A DNA stretch of 6,988 bases from Escherichia coli (GCF_024298765.1 NZ_CP101214.1); one strand, 5' to 3'. Numbered from the stretch's first letter, positions 1 through 5,778 are shown. A program made the numbers and translations. The notes: a model not told the origin generated them from the sequence alone.

Positions 1-378
1 GAACGCAGTAAGACTGGTCAGGGAGTAAGTGAGTATGACAGAGCTGGAAATGCACTTACTGAACGCCTTAGAGCAATTGCAGCAGGACTATACGCAGCGG
101 CTGAAAGACTGGGAGAGCGCCTTCACGGATTTGCAGCATATGTTCGAGCTGACACGACAGGAGAACGGGCAACTGAGGGAACAGTGCGACGACTTGAGTC
201 AGCAGGTGCAGAGATTAGCCGGGCAGGTGGACCACTTGAGTCGGTTATTTATCACGAACAGCAGATAAGGGATGAACAGGAAAGGCAGGCACGCCTGGAA
301 CGGGAGCGTGCGCGGTCCTGGCATGAAGAGCAGGAACGGGAAGCACGGGTATGGCGTGGCCCGTCAATAGGGATGTGA
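1..378 (+). CDS. mbeA: 3' portion of the MbeA/MobA-family relaxase gene (5'-truncated at the window edge; contiguous with 5768-6988 if the replicon is circular)
   Basis: Frame 1 is open from position 1 to TGA at 376-378 (126 codons) with no start codon needed. The window ends at 6988 exactly on an mbeA codon boundary, so 5768..6988 plus 1..378 would form one uninterrupted ORF of about 532 codons. The tail is Arg/Glu-rich (...ERERARSWHEEQEREARVWRGPSIGM). Confidence 0.55.
   Translation, partial: ERSKTGQGVSEYDRAGNALTERLRAIAAGLYAAAERLGERLHGFAAYVRADTTGERATEGTVRRLESAGAEISRAGGPLESVIYHEQQIRDEQERQARLERERARSWHEEQEREARVWRGPSIGM
35..268 (+). CDS. mbeD: MbeD/MobD-family small mobilisation protein (coiled-coil), nested in another frame within the 3' end of mbeA
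   Basis: ATG at 35 (in-frame GTG at 29), 77 aa, MTELEMHLLNALEQLQQDYTQRLKDWESAFTDLQ..., a heptad-rich helical protein. Its position inside the relaxase 3' region matches the ColE1 mob arrangement as I recall it. Family assignment is from memory, not a search. Confidence 0.6.
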   Translation: MTELEMHLLNALEQLQQDYTQRLKDWESAFTDLQHMFELTRQENGQLREQCDDLSQQVQRLAGQVDHLSRLFITNSR

Positions 379-599
379 CGGTGAGTTGTTCCGGGAGGTT
401 GCCAGATGGTACCGGAACGCGTTAAAAACGCATCCGGGCGCGATTCTGGCGTGTCGTTTTTGTTGCTGTGTTTTGCCTCTTTGCCAGATCGCGCTCATTC
501 CTCAGCCTCATCCCGCGATGTCTGCGTATGTCATCAACTGAAAAGATGGAAAAAAAACAGTGTCATGAGGTTTACACAGGCAAAACTAGCGTTATTCAC

Positions 600-748
600 A
601 TGGCTGAATAGCTATGCATACGGTTAAAATTTATCAGGTGCGATCGCGGCAGCTTTTCGGGTGGTTTGTTGCCATTTTTACCTGTCAGCAGCCGTGATCG
701 CGCTGAACGCATTTCAGCGGTGCGTACAATTAAGGGATTATGGTAAAT
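600..748 (+). other. cer-like Xer site-specific recombination (multimer resolution) site: ArgR-box-like element plus XerC/XerD core
   Basis: Core at 719-748 is GGTGCGTACAA (XerC arm) - TTAAGGGA (8-bp central region) - TTATGGTAAAT (XerD arm), which matches the ColE1 cer crossover site as I recall it. About 100 bp upstream (around 602-620) TGGCTGAATAGCTATGCAT resembles an ArgR box (TGAAT...ATTCA-like), at the spacing expected for the cer accessory region. Confidence 0.8.
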
Positions 749-751
749 CCC

Positions 752-1174
752 TTACTGTCTGCCCTCGTATCCATCGAGATAAACCGCAGAAATGGTGTCT
801 GCCATTAGTTTCATTTTTTTCGGCGAAGGCATATCGCTGTTTGTGTATTTTCTGCCAGCAAAGGCTGTTGTGCTCCGGAGTGAGTGAAAAAATTTTTCTG
901 AGTGGAATTCTTTTACACGTTGCTGTGCCGTTTCTGCTGATACTCCGGCTGCTTTGTCTTTCATCCCCATATCCCGGAACTGCTGAAAGAACGGGAGCAT
1001 CATACGTATGGTGTCTGCTTTCTGGGTGTAGAAGTTAGGATCAAATCCATCATCTGAAGCATAAACATAATGCCGGGTATGTCGTTCCAGGCTGGTCTTT
1101 GGTGTGCATCCTGTAAGAGCTATTGTTGCTGTTATCAGAGGTATCAGAAGCAGCCTGGCAGCGGCAGATTTCAT
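752..1174 (-). CDS. Small lipoprotein of unknown function (about 140 aa; possibly an entry-exclusion-type lipoprotein)
   Basis: ORF on the minus strand. AAGGAG lies 6 nt upstream of the second ATG (1174); the first ATG (1180) abuts the SD. N-terminus MKSAAARLLLIPLITATIALTGC has a basic n-region, a hydrophobic core and an L-T-G-C lipobox (signal peptidase II type). Thr at +2 suggests outer-membrane sorting. Confidence 0.65.
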   Translation of the reverse strand: MKSAAARLLLIPLITATIALTGCTPKTSLERHTRHYVYASDDGFDPNFYTQKADTIRMMLPFFQQFRDMGMKDKAAGVSAETAQQRVKEFHSEKFFHSLRSTTAFAGRKYTNSDMPSPKKMKLMADTISAVYLDGYEGRQ

Positions 1175-1295
1175 AAACATCTCCTTGCGTTTTTAATCTT
1201 GATACTCAGGGAGTTATATCTCCGAAGAGTATCTCTTATCATACGTCGGTTTACTCCCAATGTGATTTGATGGTCAATGAGTCAGGAATAATCCC

Positions 1296-1574
1296 GTGAA
1301 AAAATGTGTGCCAGTCCTGCTTTTTAGTGTTCTTTCTGCTTCGGTTGCCAGTCATGCGGACAGCAATGTTTTTCAACAAAAGGCCGAGAAGACAAAAAAC
1401 GGCATTGTTGCGGATGTTAATGCCAGACAGAAAATGTTCAGTAACAGACTGAAGATACAACTTCAGATCGATGAGTTGAGAGCAGAGCTGGCTGGCACCA
1501 GAGATGCCCAAAAAAGAGAGGATTTGCGTAAAAAACTGGAGTCTCTGGAGCGGCAAAAGAAATCCTTACGCTGA
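1296..1574 (+). CDS. Small Sec-secreted, highly charged coiled-coil protein of unknown function (92 aa precursor)
   Basis: GTG start at 1296 with AGGA 8 nt upstream. N-terminus MKKCVPVLLFSVLSASVASHA-DS is a typical signal peptide (KK n-region, hydrophobic core, S-H-A cleavage motif). Mature part is Lys/Glu/Arg/Gln-rich and predicted helical. TGA at 1572-1574. Confidence 0.5.
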   Translation: MKKCVPVLLFSVLSASVASHADSNVFQQKAEKTKNGIVADVNARQKMFSNRLKIQLQIDELRAELAGTRDAQKREDLRKKLESLERQKKSLR

Positions 1575-1856
1575 TGGGGGCGTATTTTCCCCGGTTTCTT
1601 CCATAACCTTTTTACCGTTCAGATATTTACGGGCGAGGCGAATGCGTCTTGCCTGGTATACCGCCGAGTAAGCCTGGGTGGGATTCACACCATTACTGAT
1701 TTCACTGACCACATGACGCTGATCAGCCAGTGTCAGCGTGTAAACCTGTTTCTGGATGAGGTCACGGGCTTTGTCATGCTCATATCCGGCAGCAACAAGG
1801 GTGTCGAGAAGTCGTTTGTCTGTTTTGTTCAGTTTATGGCGGGGTGATTTGCTCAC
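1566..1856 (-). CDS. Small basic protein with a putative helix-turn-helix (candidate DNA-binding regulator), unknown function
   Basis: Minus-strand ORF. Best start is GTG at 1856 with GGAG 6 nt upstream (the track's longer ORF starts at an in-frame TTG at 1883). 96 aa. The segment HVVSEISNGVNPTQAYSAVYQARRIRLARKY looks like helix-turn-helix. Converges on the 1296-1574 gene with a 9-bp overlap. Confidence 0.5.
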   Translation of the reverse strand: MSKSPRHKLNKTDKRLLDTLVAAGYEHDKARDLIQKQVYTLTLADQRHVVSEISNGVNPTQAYSAVYQARRIRLARKYLNGKKVMEETGENTPPSA

Positions 1857-1988
1857 ATCGTTCTCCGTTTTTTCATGATCCAACAGTTTTATATCTCATC
1901 CTGATTTGCTCCGGTGTTCTGTTTCGACGTTCTCAATGCCTGCCTCCCCATAGTGTGATCCTTATTGCAAAAATGAAAATCCATGCTC

Positions 1989-2054
1989 TTGACATGGACA
2001 ATGCTGAGTAGTAGGTTTTACTGTATATAAAACCAGTGGTTATATATACAGTAT
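1989..2054 (+). promoter_or_regulatory. Colicin operon promoter with tandem overlapping LexA (SOS) boxes
   Basis: -35 TTGACA at 1989-1994, with a -10 candidate in 2009-2020. CTGTATATAAAACCAG (2021-2036) overlaps GTGGTTATATATACAG (2036-2051): the CTGT-N8-ACAG-type double SOS operator typical of colicin promoters. AAGAGG RBS at 2085-2090 precedes the ATG at 2096. Confidence 0.8.
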
Positions 2055-2095
2055 ATTGTTTTTAATTTATTGTTTTAATTATCAAAGAGGAATTT

Positions 2096-3742
2096 ATGGC
2101 TAAAGAACTAAGTGGATATGGACCAACTGCTGGTGAGTCTATGGGGGGAACAGGGGCGAATCTGAATCAGCAAGGTGGAAATAATAATAGTAATAGTGGG
2201 GTTCACTGGGGTGGTGGCTCTGGGCATGGTAATAATGGTGGTCAGGGAAATTCAAATTCATCTGGTTCTACATCAACTGTGATGAAAACCGGTGAGTCAT
2301 ATCTGACTCCGTGGGGTGATGTTGTCATTAATAATGATGGCCTTCCGGTGATGAATGGTATTGTTATGACAGAAGAGAATTCAACTCTGGTTGATAATCC
2401 ATTTGGAGGGGTCTCCAGAGTTCTTAATTCTTTAATTAGTGATATGCCATCACTTTTTGCAGAAAGCTCAGGAAATAACAACAATAACACTGCTTCAGTT
2501 AATACTGCACCAACGAATGCTCAGGTCAGTGATATGGATAAGAGTTCGAAGGTGGTGGGTAATGTAATTAATGAAAAACAAAAGCAGAAGAATAAAATTG
2601 CTACACAGATTAGTGAAAAACAGAAGAAAATCGAGGAGATGAAAAAAGTATTCAAGCATCATTCTTATCATGGTATCACTGATCTTGAGAGGGATGTTGA
2701 TGAGTTGCAAAAAAAATCAAATCAGCTTGATGCAGATATTAGCAAACTTAATTCTTATAAAAATACATTGCAAAGTAAAATTGGTGATGTGAATAAACAG
2801 AAGGAAGCTGAAGAAAAGGTTCGTGAAAATGCAGAGGTCGCTGAACATGAAACTCTTAATGAAGAGAAACAGGCGGTGGCGGAAGCAGAGAAGCGTTTAG
2901 CTGAGGCGAAAGCTGAACTGGCGAAGGCTGAAAGTGATGTACAGAGTAAGCAAGCTACTGTTTCCAGAGTTGCAGGAGAGCTTGAAAACGCTCAGAAGAG
3001 TGTTGACGTGAAGGTCACCGGATTTCCGGGATGGCGTGACGTTCAGAAAAAACTACAGCGTCAGCTTGAAGCTAAGCAGGCTGAGTACTCCGCAGTTGAA
3101 AATGAACTTAAGAATGCTGTTAGTTTCAGGGATGGTAAGGCCGCTGAGGTTAAAGAGGCAGAGCAGAAATTAAAAGAAGCTCAGGATGCTCTTGAAAAGA
3201 GCCAGATAAAAGATGCTGTTGATACTATGGTTGGATTTTATCAATATATAACCGAACAATATGGAGAAAAATACGCAAAAATTGCTCAGGATTTAGCGGA
3301 AAAGTCTAAAGGAAAGAAAATTCAAGGTGTTGATGAAGCTCTGGCAGCATTTGAAAAGTATAAGAATGTACTGGATAAGAAATTCAGTAAGGTTGATCGG
3401 GATGCTATTTTTAATGCGTTAGAGTCTGTTAATTATGATGAGTTATCTAAGAATTTAACGAAGATATCAAAGTCGCTTAAAATCACCAGTCGAGTATCTT
3501 TTCTATATGATGTTGGTTCTGATTTTAAAAATGCAATAGAAACTGGTAACTGGCGACCTTTGTTTGTCACGCTGGAGAAAAGTGCGGTCGATGTAGGTGT
3601 GGCAAAAATTGTGGCATTAATGTTTAGTTTTATTGTTGGTGTGCCTCTTGGTTTCTGGGGGATTGCAATTGTCACAGGTATTGTTTCTTCTTACATAGGG
3701 GATGATGAGTTGAGCAAACTTAATGAGTTGTTAGGGATTTAA
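2096..3742 (+). CDS. cka: Pore-forming colicin, most likely colicin K (548 aa)
   Basis: 548-aa ORF with a Gly/Asn/Ser-rich N-terminal domain (typical of Tol-dependent colicin translocation domains), a long charged coiled-coil central region, and a C-terminal domain with a hydrophobic helical hairpin ([35 protein letters not shown]) typical of pore-forming colicins. Length and N-terminus [15 protein letters not shown]... match my recollection of colicin K. SOS promoter upstream, immunity and lysis genes downstream. Confidence 0.85.
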   Translation: MAKELSGYGPTAGESMGGTGANLNQQGGNNNSNSGVHWGGGSGHGNNGGQGNSNSSGSTSTVMKTGESYLTPWGDVVINNDGLPVMNGIVMTEENSTLVDNPFGGVSRVLNSLISDMPSLFAESSGNNNNNTASVNTAPTNAQVSDMDKSSKVVGNVINEKQKQKNKIATQISEKQKKIEEMKKVFKHHSYHGITDLERDVDELQKKSNQLDADISKLNSYKNTLQSKIGDVNKQKEAEEKVRENAEVAEHETLNEEKQAVAEAEKRLAEAKAELAKAESDVQSKQATVSRVAGELENAQKSVDVKVTGFPGWRDVQKKLQRQLEAKQAEYSAVENELKNAVSFRDGKAAEVKEAEQKLKEAQDALEKSQIKDAVDTMVGFYQYITEQYGEKYAKIAQDLAEKSKGKKIQGVDEALAAFEKYKNVLDKKFSKVDRDAIFNALESVNYDELSKNLTKISKSLKITSRVSFLYDVGSDFKNAIETGNWRPLFVTLEKSAVDVGVAKIVALMFSFIVGVPLGFWGIAIVTGIVSSYIGDDELSKLNELLGI

Positions 3743-4029
3743 TTTCTCTTTAGAGTGTAATATATGAAACTTGGCAATCCTACTGGGATTGCCATTAATA
3801 AATAAAACAATGCAGATAACTTGCATAAGTACCAGGGTTCTTTTTTTAACTTTGTATTTTCTTTGATATATCTAGATATGGTTAATTTAGAGTATGGATA
3901 TAGCAATACATGTATTGATGATATAAATATAAATAACAAAGGAGTGTTATCATTCTCGTTAAATATTAAAATAAGAATCCATGGTATAAGTGATTCAGGT
4001 AAATTATGTAGGTAGTATTTTAAATGCAT
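3739..4029 (-). CDS. cki: Colicin immunity protein (integral membrane, 96 aa), convergent with the colicin gene
   Basis: Minus-strand ORF immediately downstream of and opposite to the colicin gene, the arrangement typical of pore-forming colicin immunity genes. Very hydrophobic protein with several predicted TM segments ([35 protein letters not shown]). Its stop codon overlaps the colicin stop at TTAA 3739-3742. Confidence 0.85.
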   Translation of the reverse strand: MHLKYYLHNLPESLIPWILILIFNENDNTPLLFIFISSIHVLLYPYSKLTISRYIKENTKLKKEPWYLCKLSALFYLLMAIPVGLPSFIYYTLKRN

Positions 4030-4058
4030 AAGTATTTTTACTTTTGTTGGAAAGAAAT

Positions 4059-4190
4059 ATGAAAATAATAATTTTTCTAATTACAATATTATTCTTGTCA
4101 GGATGTCAAGCAAACTATATTCGTGATGTACAAGGAGGAACCGTTGCACCATCTTCGTCTTCTGAACTGACGGGGATCGCGGTTCAGTAG
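4059..4190 (+). CDS. ckl: Colicin lysis (bacteriocin release) lipoprotein, 43 aa
   Basis: ATG at 4059, TAG at 4188-4190; not in the ORF track because it is short. [43 protein letters not shown] has a signal peptide with an L-S-G-C lipobox and the conserved mature region of colicin lysis proteins. Last gene of the colicin operon. Confidence 0.85.
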   Translation: MKIIIFLITILFLSGCQANYIRDVQGGTVAPSSSSELTGIAVQ

Positions 4191-4199
4191 AAAAGATCA

Positions 4200-4226
4200 A
4201 AGGATCTTCTTGAGATCCTTTTTTTC
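4200..4226 (+). terminator. Putative rho-independent terminator at the end of the colicin operon (overlaps the RNA II promoter)
   Basis: Inverted repeat AAGGATC (4200-4206) / GATCCTT (4214-4220) with a 7-nt loop, followed by a T-run (4219-4225), 10 bp after the lysis gene stop. Confidence 0.55.
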
Positions 4227-4238
4227 TGCGCGTAATCT
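4210..4238 (+). promoter_or_regulatory. RNA II (replication primer) promoter
   Basis: -35 TTGAGA (4210-4215), 17-bp spacer, -10 TAATCT (4233-4238). Same architecture as the pMB1/ColE1 RNA II promoter in pBR322, recalled from memory. Confidence 0.75.
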
Positions 4239-4249
4239 GCTGCCTGTAA

Positions 4250-4352
4250 ACGAAAAAACCGCCTGGGGAGGCGGTTTAGTCGAAGGTTAAGTCAGTTGGG
4301 GACTGCTTAACCGGGTAACTGGCTTTAGTGGAGCACAGATACCAAATGCTGT
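4250..4352 (-). ncRNA. RNA I antisense copy-number control RNA (about 100 nt)
   Basis: Minus-strand promoter: -35 TTGAAG (complement of 4383-4388), 18-bp spacer, -10 TACACT (complement of 4359-4364), start near 4352 (ACAGCAUUUGG...). 3' end has a hairpin, AACCGCCT / AGGCGGTT at 4257-4276, followed on the minus strand by a U-run. Fully complementary to the 5' end of RNA II. Confidence 0.8.
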
Positions 4353-4358
4353 CCTTCC

Positions 4359-4388
4359 AGTGTAGCCGCTATAAGGCTTCAACTTCAA
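4359..4388 (-). promoter_or_regulatory. RNA I promoter
   Basis: TTGAAG -35 and TACACT -10 on the minus strand with an 18-bp spacer, arranged as in pBR322 RNA I. Confidence 0.7.
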
Positions 4389-4784
4389 GAGTTCTGCGTA
4401 TCTAAATCCACTATCCAGTTACCAATGGCTGCTGCCAGTGGCGTTAAGTCGTGTCTTACCGGGTTGGACTCAAGACGATAGTTACCGGATAAGGCGCAGC
4501 GGTCGGGCTGAACGGGGGGTTCGTGCACACAGCCCAGCTTGGAGCGAACGACCTACACCGAACTGAGATACCAACAGCGTGAGCTATGAGAAAGCGCCAC
4601 GCTTCCCAAAGGGAGAAAGGCGGACAGGTATCCGGTAAGCGGCAGGGTCGGAACAGGAGAGCGCACGAGGGAGCCACCAGGGGGAAACGCCTGGTATCTT
4701 TAAGTCCTGTCGGGTTTCGCCACCTCTGACTTGAGCGTCGGTTTTTGTGATGCTCGTCAGGGGGGCGGAGCCTATGGAAAAACG

Positions 4785-4815
4785 CCAGCTGCGTGGCCTT
4801 TTCCGGGTTCTTGTT
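4785..4815 (+). other. Approximate origin of replication (RNA II to DNA transition) of the ColE1-type replicon
   Basis: About 555 nt downstream of the RNA II start, in the sequence aacgccagctgcgtggccttttccgggttc, which corresponds to the pBR322 ori neighbourhood. The exact switch point cannot be fixed by eye. Confidence 0.5.
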
Positions 4816-5039
4816 TTTTGCTCACATGTTTCTTTTGGTGTTATCCCCTGATTCTGTGGATAACCGCATTACCGTCTTTGAGTGAGCTGATACCGCTCGC
4901 CGCAGCCGAACGACCGAGCGGAGCGAGTCAGTGAGCGAGGAAGCGGAAAAGCGCCTGGACGAGCATTTTCTCCTTACGCATCTGTGCGGCATTTCACACC
5001 CGGCATGGTGCACTTTTCATACAATCCTCACTGATGCCA

Positions 5040-5110
5040 AATGATTAAGCCAGTATACACTCCGCTATCGCTACGTGACTGGGTCATGGCTGCGCCCCGA
5101 CACCCGCTAA
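5040..5110 (-). other. bom / oriT region with putative nic site (basis of mobility)
   Basis: Sequence taagccagtatacactccgctatcgctacgtgactgggtcatggctgcgcc matches the pBR322 bom region as recalled. The reverse complement contains GTATACTGGCTTA, the ColE1-type nic motif, with the nick expected near 5049/5050 on the minus strand. Confidence 0.7.
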
Positions 5111-5195
5111 AACCCGCTGACGCGCCCTGACGGGCTTGTCTGCTCCCGGCATCCGCTCACAGGCCAGCTGTGACCGTCTCCGGGAGCTGCATGTG

Positions 5196-5387
5196 TCAGA
5201 GGTTTTCACCGTCATCCCCGAAGCGTGCGAGGCAGCTGCGGTAAAGCTCGTCAGCGTGGTCGTGAAGCGCTTCGCAGATGTCAGCCTGGTCGTCGGCGTC
5301 CAGTTCATTCAGTTTTTCCAGCAGGGTCAGCGTCTGGCTTCTGATGAAGCGGGCCATGTTAAGGGCGGTTTTTTCCTGTTTAGTCAC
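5196..5387 (-). CDS. rom: Rom/Rop (RNA-one modulator), 63 aa
   Basis: GTG start at 5387. Translation VTKQEKTALNMARFIRSQTLTLLEKLNELDADDQADICEALHDHADELYRSCLARFGDDGENL is nearly identical to pBR322 Rop as I recall it. The track's longer 143-aa ORF is an upstream in-frame extension. Confidence 0.9.
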   Translation of the reverse strand: MTKQEKTALNMARFIRSQTLTLLEKLNELDADDQADICEALHDHADELYRSCLARFGDDGENL

Positions 5388-5430
5388 AGTTCTGTTTCTC
5401 CATGTGTGGGGAGTCTGTCGGAGGTTTTTA

Positions 5431-5778
5431 ATGATACCGGTGAAACGCGAAAGGATGCTCACGATACGGGTCACGGATGAGGAACATGCGCGGCTGCTGG
5501 CACGTTGTGAGGGAAAACAACTTGCGTCATGGATGCGTAAGGTCTGCCTGGGGGCACCGCCATCGAAAACGTCAGGTCTTCCGACACTGGCACCGCCGCT
5601 GTTGCGCCAGTTCGCTTCGGTCGGCAATAACCTGAATCAGATAGCCCGGAAGATAAACAGCGGACAGTGGTCGGGGCATGACCGGGTTCATGTGGTGGCT
5701 GCACTGATGGCCATCGGACGTGAACTGAGTGAGCTGAGGGATGAGGTCCGTAAACAGGGAGAACGGGATGATAGTTAA
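5431..5778 (+). CDS. mbeC: MbeC/MobC-family mobilisation accessory protein (likely ribbon-helix-helix)
   Basis: ATG at 5431 has GGAGG 6 nt upstream; a second in-frame ATG at 5455 (MLTIRVTDEEHARLLARCEGKQLASWMRK...) would give 107 aa. N-terminus matches the MbeC remnant I recall in pBR322. Divergent from rom; its stop region overlaps the mbeA start. Confidence 0.8.
   Translation: MIPVKRERMLTIRVTDEEHARLLARCEGKQLASWMRKVCLGAPPSKTSGLPTLAPPLLRQFASVGNNLNQIARKINSGQWSGHDRVHVVAALMAIGRELSELRDEVRKQGERDDS

Larger units (their letters stand above)
4246..4800 (+). ncRNA. RNA II pre-primer transcript of a ColE1-type replicon (3' end approximate)
   Basis: Starts 7 nt after the -10. From about 4420 onward the sequence is nearly identical to the pBR322/pUC origin region as I recall it (ccagtggctgctgccagtggcg...gcgaggaagcggaa). 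Expected length to the RNA-DNA switch is about 555 nt. Confidence 0.75.

Noticed and set aside
184-378. 64-aa ORF (MRRLESAGAEIS...) as an independent gene
   Set aside because: It is the in-frame tail of the open frame running from window position 1, best explained as the C-terminus of the mbeA relaxase rather than a separate gene.
406-1038. ORFs 406-627 (+) and 661-1038 (+) across the cer region and antisense to the lipoprotein gene
   Set aside because: No RBS, odd Cys-rich composition, and they overlap the recombination site and a better-supported minus-strand lipoprotein gene; likely non-coding or antisense frames.
1070-1556. ORFs 1070-1270 (+) and 1251-1556 (-)
   Set aside because: Each is antisense to, or overlaps, a better-supported gene (lipoprotein 5' end; secreted protein) and lacks a signal peptide or RBS logic of its own.
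1883-1883. TTG at 1883 as the start of the HTH-like gene (track ORF 1566-1883)
   Set aside because: The in-frame GTG at 1856 has a well-placed GGAG 6 nt upstream, whereas the TTG has no obvious SD; the shorter form is preferred, though the longer cannot be excluded.
2242-4015. Minus-strand ORFs 2242-2490, 2495-2710, 3433-3675 and plus-strand ORF 3821-4015
   Set aside because: All lie antisense within the colicin or immunity coding sequences; low-complexity translations typical of shadow ORFs in AT-rich coding DNA.
4456-5013. ORFs 4456-4677 (-), 4731-4934 (+) and 4822-5013 (-) in the origin region
   Set aside because: This interval is the ColE1-type RNA II primer and origin sequence, near-identical to the non-coding pBR322 ori as recalled; the ORFs are chance frames in GC-rich structured RNA-encoding DNA.
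5084-5480. ORFs 5084-5308 (-) and 5136-5480 (+)
   Set aside because: They overlap bom and the rom gene on the wrong strand or frame; rom (5196-5387, minus) and mbeC account for the region.
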